Positions 41,422-51,631 of a DNA stretch of 64,000 nt are shown here, piece by piece. Origin of the DNA: Sulfolobales archaeon. GTDB taxonomy: Archaea; Thermoproteota; Thermoprotei_A; Sulfolobales; NBVN01. The notes under the pieces are model-generated. The model was not told where the DNA came from and did not search any database. It saw nothing but the letters and a program-made list of their open reading frames with translations. Where the stretch lies: positions 1 through 64,000 of the forward strand of contig JAWBTQ010000001.1 of NCBI GenBank assembly GCA_038841535.1, written 5' to 3'. Within the stretch, counting starts at the first letter, position 1. Each line of letters begins with the position of its first letter. A program made the position numbers and the translations under genes.

Positions 41422-41749
41422 CTCTAGTTCGAGAGAAGCCTCTAGGAAAGGTTTGTGGAAGCGTTAGTGGGTGGTCGAGAGAGTAAATAGAGTTGAGAGG
41501 GTGTCTACAAAGCATAAATGAGTTGAAGTTTTCTACTCACTCAAACTCAAGCCTAGGTACTTCTTAAACAGCGTTTTAAGGATTCTGTATACTTCTTCGC
41601 ATCCCCGCCCAGCGTTCTGCGCTTCGAGAGCATGCCGCTTAGGCGAATAGTCTCGACCCTAGCTTCCTCGAAGAGCTGAAAAAGCTTGTACGTCAGAGAA
41701 GCCTCTCTAGACTCTGCTCTTTGAGGAGCTCTTTAGCAATTCCGGGCAG

Positions 41750-41991
41750 CCTTGAGTAGCTACTTCGGGTTTCATATCTTTTCGTATTGGTTGATGTGGA
41801 TTGAAACTCTTGTAAGTATCTCTATACGTAGTGATATGTGGAAGTAACTTGATGAAGAGTCGAGAGCCCCGTGCCGTTGGCTCGAAGAGTGCCACGACCT
41901 CCTCGTGAAGTGGCTGGTAGCCACCGTGAACCGCGGGCAAGAGGTACAACCCGTCCTAGAAAAACCTACAAAAACCTGGGGCGGGAAACGG
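41750..41991 (+). mobile_element. Chimeric miniature element, copy 5: family-A left end/promoter fused to the scaffold of the neighbouring tnpB
   Basis: GCCTTGAGTAGCTACTTCGGGTTTCATATC left end and GAAACTCTTGTAAGTA promoter; 41864-41991 aligns with the reverse complement of 40326-40455. Confidence 0.8.
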
Positions 41992-42150
41992 GGATTCCAT
42001 AGTACTCAAGGACCTAGGAGTAGTTAGATGTATTAAGGTGAGGTGTGGCAGTAGGACTCATATCGGGGGCAGCTAAGAGCGAAGATACTCTTCAACCCAG
42101 ATGAAGATAAACAGTATATCCCGTACTGTATGAGGTCTCCGAGGAGGCTT
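41990..42150 (+). pseudogene. Decayed internal fragment of a different archaeal TnpB-like gene
   Basis: GDSIVLKDLGVVRCIKVR / RAKILFNPDEDKQY / YEVSEEA across frames; resembles the wedge region of Thermoprotei TnpBs (recalled, not searched). Confidence 0.4.
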
Positions 42151-42249
42151 CTACGACAGATGTAGCTGGGAGAGATGGGCCGACGACACTTAGAGTGAGA
42201 TAAGCTGATGGAAACAGTCTTTGCTAAATCAAAAATATTTTTATATTTT

Positions 42250-43071
42250 TTATACTATTTCCAATAACTCATACGTCAATTCAGATGTCTTAGTTTCCAT
42301 CATGAAGTATACGCATAGTGTATACTCCTTATAATGAGACACCCATATATCTGCCTTAGTTATATTAGCAAAGTGTGGATTATTGGGGTTAGGTGTAAAC
42401 ACAAACTTATCGACGTTTAAGGTAGTGCTTCCGTATGATATTGAAGCTGATGATACATGAGTTAATGTACCTATTTCTGGAGGTGTATAAGGCCATAGTA
42501 TCATTGCAGCCAAGAATTGATGGGGGATGACGAAGAAGTTCATAAATAAGCCTACAGTCTCTGCTACGACGTATTCTGCCATATATGGAGGTATTTCTTT
42601 TCCATTGAACATTACCCTAGGCGTAATTCCAGTCTGTTTTGGAAGCCATATAATGACTGTTGTGTTACCGCTTTCTTCTTCAATTATAAATTCTATCCTC
42701 GTGTATTCCACTCCTCCTACTACTTCAACTCCCTTATTATGGTAATAGAAGATCTCTATCTTTAATTCATTGTCAACGCGGTCGTAATCCTTTAACCTCC
42801 ACTTCATATAACGTACTAAGTTTATGAATTCCTCAAAGGCCTCAATATACTTCTCTTCAGGTGGTGGTGTAGTTGTGTAGGGGGTATACGTAGTAGAAGT
42901 AAGTGGAGTAGTCATCGGTGTTGTTGCATGTGGAGAGGTAGGAGTTGTGTAGGGGGTATACGTAGTAGAAGTAGCTGGACCTCCAGGCTGTAAAGCTGAC
43001 ATTAAGCCATAGATTACAGCAACAGATACTATAGTTACTACAGCCACAACCAAAAATAAAGGTATTTTCAA
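42250..43071 (-). CDS. Membrane-anchored extracellular protein with Thr/Pro-rich linker (AT-rich, likely acquired)
   Basis: N-terminal TM helix, TSTTYTPYTT repeats, visibly AT-richer than its neighbours. Confidence 0.8.
   Translation of the reverse strand: MKIPLFLVVAVVTIVSVAVIYGLMSALQPGGPATSTTYTPYTTPTSPHATTPMTTPLTSTTYTPYTTTPPPEEKYIEAFEEFINLVRYMKWRLKDYDRVDNELKIEIFYYHNKGVEVVGGVEYTRIEFIIEEESGNTTVIIWLPKQTGITPRVMFNGKEIPPYMAEYVVAETVGLFMNFFVIPHQFLAAMILWPYTPPEIGTLTHVSSASISYGSTTLNVDKFVFTPNPNNPHFANITKADIWVSHYKEYTLCVYFMMETKTSELTYELLEIV
42871..42973. repeat. 31-bp direct repeat, period 72 bp, inside the CDS
   Basis: AGTTGTGTAGGGGGTATACGTAGTAGAAGTA at 42871 and 42943. Confidence 0.9.
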
Positions 43072-43654
43072 TATTACACCAAATATGATGTATAGTTGTT
43101 GTTTATAAATCTTTTAAGCTAAAAAACACTAAAAATGAGCATTTCATCATAAATAAATTACATGTACCACGTCAGGAACTATTTAAAGTGGACATTATAT
43201 CTTCTTCGTAGAACTTCTTTAGAAGCTCTCCCTATTCCTCATCAACACTACATCGCTATATTCCTGTAGTCAACGTTTTGCGGATAGGCTTGGTACGCTC
43301 CCACACTAAGCTCTCACTCCTGTTTCTCCAGAATGAACTCGCTTAAGGGCATCTTTTGCTACTTCAATATCTATTCGTCTCCTAACACTTCTCTAAAGGC
43401 TCCCTTAGTATTGAAAAGCTCTCATAATCGTCTCCGAGGGATCCCTAGAGATCCCTAGCTCTACCTAGCTTCTCTAGTAAGCAGAGGAGTAGCTTCTCCC
43501 TATTCTCCTACGAGACCTTCCACGGGTTTAGGCTCTCGAACTACACCGACCGTTATCATACCTATGAAGAGTTACTGCTCTACATAAAACATCTCATGGT
43601 TGCGAGGGAAACCGTGAAACGATGGCTTTATGAGTAATCAGCCCCCATGGGGTG

Positions 43655-43732
43655 TGGCGGGCCCGCCGGGATTTGAACCCGGGACCACCGGCTTAGAAGG
43701 CCGGCACCCTATCCTGGCTGGGCCACGGGCCC
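43655..43732 (-). tRNA. tRNA-Arg(TCT), CCA encoded, no intron
   Basis: GGGCCCG acceptor stem, CCGGC-CTTCTAA-GCCGG anticodon arm, GGTTCAAATCC T-arm, 3' GCCA. Confidence 0.97.
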
Positions 43733-43772
43733 ATTACTCCTCTTAAGCTTTACTGTCGGGCTTTAAATCTCT

Positions 43773-44834
43773 TTATGTCCGGGCTCTAGGCATCATCTTT
43801 ACTGTCGTAGGTGTGCTTAACTCGTTGCCGTGCTCTACGTTCACTCCAAGCATGTTCTTTACTAGCCACATGTTTGTGTACGCATGAAGTGTTAGCTTAG
43901 AGATCCCGATAGTGCTCGGTCCTTCGGCTAGAGCTAGGTAGGGTATGATAATATCGGCCATGTGTCTATCGTAGGCCATTCCGGTTGAGAGGTCCTCGAG
44001 GAGTTTAGATGCGGCCTCTCTACCGACTGCTTCAGCCGGCTTCCCTCTCTCACCTAGAGAGTCACCACCCAAGATGCTGTTCTCAGCTGTAGCCCACAGA
44101 ACTACTCCAGAACCCGGACCTAAGTGAGGGTCTCTCTCTGGGTCGTACCACTCTACCTCTATGTTTACGCTAGATCTAATGCCGGACTTGGAGAGCTCTT
44201 CTTCAGCTGCTCTTGCTTGTCTCTCAGCAACGTGCTTAGGCAGCTTAACGCAGTGTGAAACTCCACCTATACTGAGGACCCTACCGGACTTTACCCTGTT
44301 TACGGGTTTGAAGGACTTCGGGGGCTTATCAACTCTGACTCTAACTAACCCACCTCCCCTAGGGTAGTGCCCCCTCCTCACTAACTCGACTACGAAGTCG
44401 TAGCCTACTCCCTTGAGGTGAGGTCTTACTACGTACCTAAAGTAGTCGATCGGTGGTGACCACGGTACATCAGTACCTCCTCTTACCTCTATGGAGGTCG
44501 GGGAGTCCGCAAAGGCGACTATAGGTAGTAGGGTCTGCAGTACTAGAGTAACAGAGCCGGCAGTTCCTACATCGAAAGTGTAGCTACCCCCACGTATGGT
44601 GCCCGGCTTAAACACTACCTCAGTAGACCCTACTGAAGCCCCCTCTACCGTAGCACTACATATCTTTGCTGCCGCCAGTATGCCGGTTAAGTGCTGCCTC
44701 TTAAGCCCGGGTTCGGGCCTCTTAGCTCTTATGTTTACGACTCTTATGTCTACACCAGTTATTGCCGATAGAGCTACGGCAGTTCTAAGTATCTGGCCAC
44801 CACCTTCACCAAAAGAACCGTCTATAACGAGCAA
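43773..44834 (-). CDS. rtcA: RNA 3'-terminal phosphate cyclase
   Basis: DGSFGEGGGQILR, PGLKRQH, GGTDV, YPRGGG, DRHMAD. Confidence 0.96.
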   Translation of the reverse strand: MLVIDGSFGEGGGQILRTAVALSAITGVDIRVVNIRAKRPEPGLKRQHLTGILAAAKICSATVEGASVGSTEVVFKPGTIRGGSYTFDVGTAGSVTLVLQTLLPIVAFADSPTSIEVRGGTDVPWSPPIDYFRYVVRPHLKGVGYDFVVELVRRGHYPRGGGLVRVRVDKPPKSFKPVNRVKSGRVLSIGGVSHCVKLPKHVAERQARAAEEELSKSGIRSSVNIEVEWYDPERDPHLGPGSGVVLWATAENSILGGDSLGERGKPAEAVGREAASKLLEDLSTGMAYDRHMADIIIPYLALAEGPSTIGISKLTLHAYTNMWLVKNMLGVNVEHGNELSTPTTVKMMPRART

Positions 44835-44843
44835 TAGCGACCC

Positions 44844-45377
44844 CTAGTCCGAACCTAGAACCTCCTTCATCCTCCTAACTCCGTCTATTTCGTCAATGAA
44901 CCTAGCTACTGAAGACGGTACGTAAGACCTCCAGCTCTCGTCACCAGTAACCATGAGCCTCCTGATCTTAGTAGACGAGTACCTCCCCCTCTCGTAGGGA
45001 GGCGGTATGAGCACGTCATAGCCAGCCTCTCTAAAAAGCCTAACTACTAGCGGGTTTCTAGCTACTCCATACTTAAACTTAGGTACGTATAGCTGAACGT
45101 AAGAAGGCCACACAAAGTTCATCAGTATATCGGGAACTGGTATGATGTAGACCCTACTCAAGTCCAACCCGAACTCAGCTACCGCGAGTTTAAGCATCAA
45201 AACCCTCTCACCAGCAGTAAACGGATTAACAACGGTATGAGACTCTTGAGCCGTACCAACAGCAACGATGAGCTCGTCAACCCTATCTAGAGCCCACTTA
45301 ATTACCTCAACATGACCTAGGTGGACGGGTTGAAACCTACCCGGATAGACTGCTCTAATTACGTCACTCCAGACCAC
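44844..45377 (-). CDS. nadM: Nicotinamide-nucleotide adenylyltransferase
   Basis: GRFQPVHLGH, SHTVVNPFTAGER, SSTKIR. Confidence 0.95.
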   Translation of the reverse strand: MVWSDVIRAVYPGRFQPVHLGHVEVIKWALDRVDELIVAVGTAQESHTVVNPFTAGERVLMLKLAVAEFGLDLSRVYIIPVPDILMNFVWPSYVQLYVPKFKYGVARNPLVVRLFREAGYDVLIPPPYERGRYSSTKIRRLMVTGDESWRSYVPSSVARFIDEIDGVRRMKEVLGSD

Positions 45378-46500
45378 TTACCCCTCCAAACCACATTACT
45401 CAAAAAGCATATAAACCAAGACAATACTACTCCAACCTTCTCCCTGGGGCAGGAATCCTCTATAAAGCGGGAGGTTTAAGGCTCAGCTAAGGCATCAAGC
45501 TGTTGGCTTATCGTTTTTGAAAGCTTATTTTCCCTCCCAATGGACATCTTTGTTGTGGTTACCGGGATGTCCAGACCTTCCTCTTACTTACTGAGTGAGT
45601 AGAGTAGGGATGATGTAATATACTGTTAGACTCTCACTACCGCTCAAGATTTGTGAGTTCGTAGTTAAAGCTTACGCTAAGAAGGTCTCTGGAGTCGGGC
45701 TACCTATAGTCTTTAGGCTTAAGTCCAAGACTTAAACTTAAGGGCTGCCTCAACTAGGAGTAGAATTAATAGAGAGATTCTTCTGCTAATAGACATCGAG
45801 ACCTTTAGTGATGGAACTCTAATCAATGGAGTTCGAGCCTCGAGTAGGGGTCACACAGTTTAGGCTCTGTAGAGCCTCTTAATCGGCGGGATCTTTTACA
45901 CTAGTATCCGCTACTATTCGAGTTCTCGGTTAGCGCTATGCCCGTATCGAAGGAGGAGATCACTGCACTAATACCTGCATTGAAAAAGAAGCAACCGGGT
46001 GGTTTTGAGTGAGCTCAAGAATGGAGGCTGCAATAACATACTAGTAGTCGACGGCACCTAACGGATAGGATGGTAGAGATGGCTGGGATCGCGAGTGGCG
46101 ACATTGCCTACGAAGACTGTAGAGGAAAGGCTGGCGCTATCGATACGGGCCTTAAGTGCACTAAAGTACCCTAAGAGAGCTTGAGTCGAATGGAAAACAT
46201 TTAATAAAGAGAAATCGTTCTAGCGACTGCACTCTTTCGCCGTAGTTCGTGGCTACCTCCGGGTTCTGAGAGTCAAAATACTGGGTGTGACAAAATCGTA
46301 GAGTATGTAACCCTCGATTAATTCAAGGTCTTTAAGAGATTGTTCTCCAATCGAGTTGAGGGCTTCATGCAATCTCAAGTTTAAGTCTATTTCCATTTTT
46401 ACCTCTTTACTCTCTACTATTTGATAGCTGATCTAGGAGGTCTCGAGTAAGTTGTTTAAATGGATGCTAGTCAGCATAGTATAGCAGTTGGGGTGAGAGT

Positions 46501-46692
46501 GTGAGCTCCAGTATTGATAGATCTAGAGAGGCTTTTAGAGCTGTATACCTCACTAGGGGGAGGTTTAGGACGACTAGGAGAGACCTGCGTAGCTCACTAA
46601 AGTTAGCGAGCTTAGCGAGAGAGCTTAGTAGTACGTACTTAGAGGTGGTTGAGTGGTGTGGGTGGCGGAGAGTAGTAGCACTGAGAGCTTAG
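46501..46692 (+). CDS. Small basic protein, possible partner of the downstream nucleotidyltransferase
   Basis: GGGGTGA SD before GTG; overlaps the downstream gene. Confidence 0.5.
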   Translation: MSSSIDRSREAFRAVYLTRGRFRTTRRDLRSSLKLASLARELSSTYLEVVEWCGWRRVVALRA

Positions 46693-47297
46693 AGGACTTA
46701 GTGGAGGACCTTTATAGCACGTTTAAGAGTCGTATCTTACCTAGACTTCTCGAGATCCACGAGGAGACTAAGAGGTACCTCTACTTCGTATCTTGGTTAA
46801 ACAGAGAGCTTGAAGAGAGGGGTTTAGGCAGAATCGTGGTAACTGGTGGATTCGCTATTGAGGTGTATACGGGGAGAGTCTACAGAACCATGGATGTAGA
46901 CATAGTCGTTGAGGATTCGAGAGCAGCTAGAGTCATCGAAATGTTTCTCACAAAATTCTCGGAGAAAATTGGTCGGGGCTACCTACCTAGGTACGAAGTC
47001 CTGCAATTAAAGTCTATAGATGTAGTTTCCTCAGTATACGGAAAGGAAGCACTGCCGACAAAGCTACTTGTAGAAAACCTTTACGTTTACATAGAGCCTG
47101 TTGAGGAGCTCATAGTTACTTATCTAGCTGGCTGGAAGTACTGGAGTGCGACAGAAGATCGAGATAAAGCACTCTGGCTCTACATTACGTGGAAGGACAG
47201 AGTGGACTTAAACTACCTCAAGAAGAGGTCCAAAGAGGAAGGAGTATTAGACTACTTAGAACTACTGGAGACGATCGTGAAAGACCAATACGCATGA
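46653..47297 (+). CDS. Nucleotidyltransferase (DUF6036/AbiEii-like)
   Basis: VVTGGFA..Y...RTMDVD Pol-beta-fold motif. Confidence 0.8.
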   Translation: MVWVAESSSTESLEDLVEDLYSTFKSRILPRLLEIHEETKRYLYFVSWLNRELEERGLGRIVVTGGFAIEVYTGRVYRTMDVDIVVEDSRAARVIEMFLTKFSEKIGRGYLPRYEVLQLKSIDVVSSVYGKEALPTKLLVENLYVYIEPVEELIVTYLAGWKYWSATEDRDKALWLYITWKDRVDLNYLKKRSKEEGVLDYLELLETIVKDQYA

Positions 47298-47525
47298 AAA
47301 TATCGGCACCAAGCCGTTACACTCGTGGGGCTTGGCTCCGACGTGTGCTCATATATGTGCTCATATGAGTTGTTGCTACTACCTCATTTCCCCACTCTCC
47401 AACCATTCCCTGTTCTCGTCATGCTTTAGAAGGCCGGTTTGATGTTCTTAAAGCCGTGGGAGTCAGAACTTTCGAGAGAGTGCTCAACAGAGTTAGGCAG
47501 TATGACTTCGTGTTGAGCTCGACCC

Positions 47526-48089
47526 CTAGCTATCTCGTGTGTAGCAGTCTTGCCTTAAGTAGAGCTCCAGGTACGACTCTGTTATTAACTCGTTTGCCGA
47601 GATCCCCAATGAACTGAGTGTCTCCCTGACTTTAGCTAGAAAGCTCTCTGCCGATGGAGGGTTTACTTCCTCAAATTCCAAAAACCTCCCGAGGCACTCC
47701 ACCTCGTCTAGTGAGACCTTGAGGTCGGCACTACTGAAGTAGGTCCTCTTCTTCCTTATGATTACGCCACTAAATCCGGCTAGCTTCAGGACCTCCAGGA
47801 CTCTGTCGTCAGGTAAAGGCACCTCAAGCTCGTCCCGCGCTTTAACTTTCTCGAACGCTATTACTCCCTTGTACGTCAGTCTATGTTCGACAGTAGAGCC
47901 GGTGATTACCTTCCTAAACCTAAGAACGGTGCCATGCTTATATCCCGGACAACCCCTTAGGTCGAAGTAGTGATCTTCCTCTAGCACATCTCCCTCCTTC
48001 GTGAAGCCGAGCGAAGTTAGTTTACTGACTATACTCTCAAAGTCGACCTCATCGATCCTTACTTTAACCTCGTACTCAGCACTCCGCAC
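47526..48089 (-). CDS. cyaB: CYTH/class IV adenylate cyclase-like protein
   Basis: EYEVK, LTYKG, RDELE, KKRT, LDEV..LGRFLEFE. Confidence 0.9.
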   Translation of the reverse strand: MRSAEYEVKVRIDEVDFESIVSKLTSLGFTKEGDVLEEDHYFDLRGCPGYKHGTVLRFRKVITGSTVEHRLTYKGVIAFEKVKARDELEVPLPDDRVLEVLKLAGFSGVIIRKKRTYFSSADLKVSLDEVECLGRFLEFEEVNPPSAESFLAKVRETLSSLGISANELITESYLELYLRQDCYTRDS

Positions 48090-48220
48090 GGTACTAACCC
48101 CTAGATAGCTAGGTGTTCCGAAGTTAAGAGCTGAGATGTTTACATGCGTAGTTTGTAGACACCAAACTTATTCTAGCTTGAGCTAATCTCTGTGGCTAAC
48201 TTAACATCTAGTGATGCGGA

Positions 48221-49255
48221 ATGCTGCGAAGCTATACTAAGCTACTAGAGGACGTAGAGAGGAAGGTAGCTGAGGCAGTAAACGGGGGAGTCAGAGCTAT
48301 CGCCTCAAAGTTCGGCTATTTAGAATACATGATTGTGAGGTATCACGAGATACTCGGAGATTGGAGTGAGGTTGTTGAGTTACTGAGAGCATTCGAGAAA
48401 CCCCTCGTTAAGGCGATTAGAGTCAATACACTAAGGTTTAAATCAGTTGCGGAAGTAGTGGAAAGACTTGAAAAACTCGGGTACGAGTTCTCTAAGATAC
48501 CTTGGGATAGGCATTCCTATACCGTTGTTAGAGCTGGCAGGGTTTCTCTAGGAGCTACACACGAGTTCCTCCTGGGAGGCTATTACCCGTACAGAGGCCT
48601 TGCCTCCCTCATTCCACCACTTGCTCTAGAACCGCGGGAGCTGGATAGAGTCCTAGATAGTGCGGCAGCACCGGGAGGTAAGACAACGCACCTAGCCCAG
48701 CTAATGGGGAACAGCGGCCTCATACTGGCAACTGACGTCAGTAGAGAGAGGTTTAGAGCTCTCCGGACTAACCTAGAGAGAATGGGAGTAGAGAACGTAG
48801 TGGCTATAAGGATAGACAGCAGAAGGATTCCCGAGATCTTCGGGGAGTACTTCACTAAGTCCCTACTAGATGCTCCCTGTACTGGTGAAGGCATTATCCA
48901 GCTCGACCCATCTAGAAAGACTAAGACTTCCTTCGAAGACCTCGTTAGAGCCCACAAAAAACAGGTAGAGCTACTTACAGCAACTGTACACTCGACAGCC
49001 CCCGGTGGTAGGGTGGTGTACTCTACCTGCTCGATAGCTCCTGAGGAGAACGAGTTCACTATAGCAGAAGTCCTTGAGAGCTTGGGTGGCGTGAGAATAG
49101 TGAGTCCTTCAATCAGTTTAGACCTCGAGCCCGGGGTTACCGAGTACTTTGGGATTAGACTATCAGACCAACTCAAGTTGTGTGGTAGAACTTACCCACA
49201 CAAGCAGGGTTTCGAGGGGTTCTTCGTATGCGTACTCGAAAAAGAGAGGAAATGA
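48221..49255 (+). CDS. RsmB/NOP2-family RNA m5C methyltransferase
   Basis: AAAPGGKT, LLDAPCTGEG, YSTCS..PEENE. Confidence 0.95.
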   Translation: MLRSYTKLLEDVERKVAEAVNGGVRAIASKFGYLEYMIVRYHEILGDWSEVVELLRAFEKPLVKAIRVNTLRFKSVAEVVERLEKLGYEFSKIPWDRHSYTVVRAGRVSLGATHEFLLGGYYPYRGLASLIPPLALEPRELDRVLDSAAAPGGKTTHLAQLMGNSGLILATDVSRERFRALRTNLERMGVENVVAIRIDSRRIPEIFGEYFTKSLLDAPCTGEGIIQLDPSRKTKTSFEDLVRAHKKQVELLTATVHSTAPGGRVVYSTCSIAPEENEFTIAEVLESLGGVRIVSPSISLDLEPGVTEYFGIRLSDQLKLCGRTYPHKQGFEGFFVCVLEKERK

Positions 49256-49824
49256 AGTGCTGGCTTGGGGGAGACGAAGTATTAAAGCACATCAGCAGGC
49301 TGTACGGATCAGAGGCTACTGGAGCTATAAGAGGCTACACGCCATTGTACTGCTTTGGGTCGTTTACCGAGGTCTACTTAGTTAAAGACCAGTTAGTGGA
49401 GGTAGTTGAAGCGGTACTTAGGAGTGGTAGGATACCCTACTTCGCGGGAATGTACGGAGGAAGGTTAAGACCTACTAAACCTGGGTTCATCCCCTCACAC
49501 ATGCTCGTAGAGAGAGTATACGAGTTCCTTGGGCACCCGGTTAGAGCAGTAAAGGCTCTAGAGCAGGGTATTAAAGTAGCTCTCTACGGTAGGGACCTCC
49601 TTGCCGAGTCAGTAGCACTGTGTTTCGAGCCTGTAGAGTTTGGTGAGGTAATCTCGGTTGTCGGACCAGATGGATACGTGTACGCTGTAGGTCTCTCAAA
49701 AGTCTCGAGTTGCGAGGAAGTAGCTATGCTTAGAAAAAAAGATGTTGTAGTACGTACGGTATTTGATTTAGGCTGGTACCTAAGGGGTGGAACGACCCCG
49801 AGGGAACCAAAGTACAAGCTGTAG
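49252..49824 (+). CDS. PUA/NIP7-like RNA-binding protein
   Basis: ALYGRDLL...DLGWYLR motif; overlaps the methyltransferase (ATGA). Confidence 0.8.
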   Translation: MKCWLGGDEVLKHISRLYGSEATGAIRGYTPLYCFGSFTEVYLVKDQLVEVVEAVLRSGRIPYFAGMYGGRLRPTKPGFIPSHMLVERVYEFLGHPVRAVKALEQGIKVALYGRDLLAESVALCFEPVEFGEVISVVGPDGYVYAVGLSKVSSCEEVAMLRKKDVVVRTVFDLGWYLRGGTTPREPKYKL

Positions 49825-49886
49825 CTGTCTCACTTCGTTTAAAGAATTTGAATCCGTACTAGTGCAGCAGGATAGCTACCTCTAGA

Positions 49887-50564
49887 CTATGCCTCTAGTA
49901 GCTCTCTCATAACTCTTGCTAGTAAAGTTCTCGGTAGTATCACGGGTTTCCCGGTAGCCCTAGCTACAGCTTTCTTAACCTCAGTAGTGAACCCTATGCA
50001 GTCCAGTACTACCAGATCACATTCTCCTAGTCTTTCTGAAGTTCTCACTATGTCTTCTACGGTGCTGGTATAGGGTGACGCGCTCGCAACCATTACTTCC
50101 GGAGTTACCGAACTCCACTTTCTCCTAGTTAGCTCTACTTGTGCTGGACTCGGAATTACAACACCTAGCTTACTAACTTTAAGCGACTCCACCACCTTTA
50201 GCAGTAAGTCGGAGGGTTCTATAAGTACCTTCCTCGACTTAAGCTCTGGGAATTCACCAGTACATAGGAGCCCTATCACGTCTACCTGCTGCTCTAGTTT
50301 ATCTATGCAGCTCTGCATTCGCTCGATTATTCTCTCTCTCGATACCTTAACCTCGGTGCCGTCCCGGAGCCTAGTGACTAGTAGGTATTCACCCTCCCTA
50401 GGGGCTAGTGCTGCTATTTCTTCCCTACTCAGTCCGTCTAGTGCTCCACACTCAACAATCTCTACACTTACATCACCTAGAACTCTAACGACTTCTGTTA
50501 CTACGTCCACTCTAGGCGACTGACCTATAGTGACTAAACCAACTCTCCTCGTAGACTTCACCAC
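49887..50564 (-). CDS. AroM family protein
   Basis: TIGQSPR, LVTRLRDG, LCTGEF, ASPY, LDCIGF. Confidence 0.9.
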   Translation of the reverse strand: MVKSTRRVGLVTIGQSPRVDVVTEVVRVLGDVSVEIVECGALDGLSREEIAALAPREGEYLLVTRLRDGTEVKVSRERIIERMQSCIDKLEQQVDVIGLLCTGEFPELKSRKVLIEPSDLLLKVVESLKVSKLGVVIPSPAQVELTRRKWSSVTPEVMVASASPYTSTVEDIVRTSERLGECDLVVLDCIGFTTEVKKAVARATGKPVILPRTLLARVMRELLEA

Positions 50565-51631
50565 AGCTTCTTACCTATTACACTCTCGACTTGCTTCAAC
50601 AGCTCTGGGTCTTTAACGCCCGCACCTAGCGGCACGAAGCCCTTCGGTATCGCTATGACTAGAGTTTCGTCACCCTCCCTAATTTCTGCTGAAGTCAGGG
50701 GTAGAGAGGTCTTAATGCTCAACGTAACTATGAGATCAGGAAAAGTAGCTAGTCTCATGCCATTGGAGTCTTCTAGAGTCATATACTCGTTCCAAAAAGT
50801 TATCTCGTAACGCTTTGAAGCCCCCCTCACTACTACTCTCCCGATATCGTAACCACCGCGCGTCTCCAGGACTACTGTCTCTACAACACCCCTATCGACT
50901 ACTTCCCCACTACCGAGGTACTTTATAACGTCTAAGGCTACTGCCTCCGCATCACCGTAGTGCTTCTGCATTATCTTCCCCACCTCGATAGCCTTACTTA
51001 GCCCTCCCACAGCTGCGTTCTCTTTAACGTACTCGGGGCTAACCGGGTTACGTGCTACAGCAACCATACCGCCCGCCTGAACAGAGGCTTCTCTAACTAA
51101 CCTATCAACTCTAGCTAAAGACCCGCAAGCGACCAGCTCAACGTACGTTCCAGCCTCCTTGCTCCCACCGACAGCTGCTTGAATAGATACATAACCTCTA
51201 ACTCTATGTAAACCCATGGACCCCATAACACCCGTTGGGTGAGCTCTGCCGTCAGCAGGTGCGTCCACTACGGGAACCTCGAGGGCTGCTGCGGGAACCC
51301 AGCCGTTAGCTGTTGAAGCACCCCCGTTCTCAGAGGATATAAAGCCCCCTATCTGTATTCGCGCATAGTCCCTCAAGAGCTCCGCGGACTTAACCATGTG
51401 AGTAGGTCTAACATACCTCTCTCTAGCCGCTGGAGCTCCAACTAGTGAGGCAGTAACTACGAAGCTATCCCTAGGTATATCACTTACATCAACTACGTAG
51501 AGGTCTCCAAGCTCTACGGCTAGCCTAGCAGCAGCTAACCCGGTCTTTAAGTCTCCCCCACCGCCTCCACCGAAAAATGAGCCCCCTAGTATTGCTGCTT
51601 CAGCTATCTTCTCATCTAACTTGATCCTCAC
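50558..51631 (-). CDS. DUF917 family protein (S-methyl-thiohydantoin desulfurase-like)
   Basis: GGGGGG, ENGG, VVDAPADGRAHP, WNEY, FPDLI. Confidence 0.85.
   Translation of the reverse strand: MRIKLDEKIAEAAILGGSFFGGGGGGDLKTGLAAARLAVELGDLYVVDVSDIPRDSFVVTASLVGAPAARERYVRPTHMVKSAELLRDYARIQIGGFISSENGGASTANGWVPAAALEVPVVDAPADGRAHPTGVMGSMGLHRVRGYVSIQAAVGGSKEAGTYVELVACGSLARVDRLVREASVQAGGMVAVARNPVSPEYVKENAAVGGLSKAIEVGKIMQKHYGDAEAVALDVIKYLGSGEVVDRGVVETVVLETRGGYDIGRVVVRGASKRYEITFWNEYMTLEDSNGMRLATFPDLIVTLSIKTSLPLTSAEIREGDETLVIAIPKGFVPLGAGVKDPELLKQVESVIGKKLW

Noticed and set aside
41750-42011. 9-bp inverted repeat CCTTGAGTA / TACTCAAGG around cassette 5, as possible TIRs
   Set aside because: Not present in the other four copies and lies beyond the right end defined by tnpB homology; kept only as an alternative boundary.
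47344-47365. TGTGCTCATAT tandem duplication
   Set aside because: Only two short units; no functional context.
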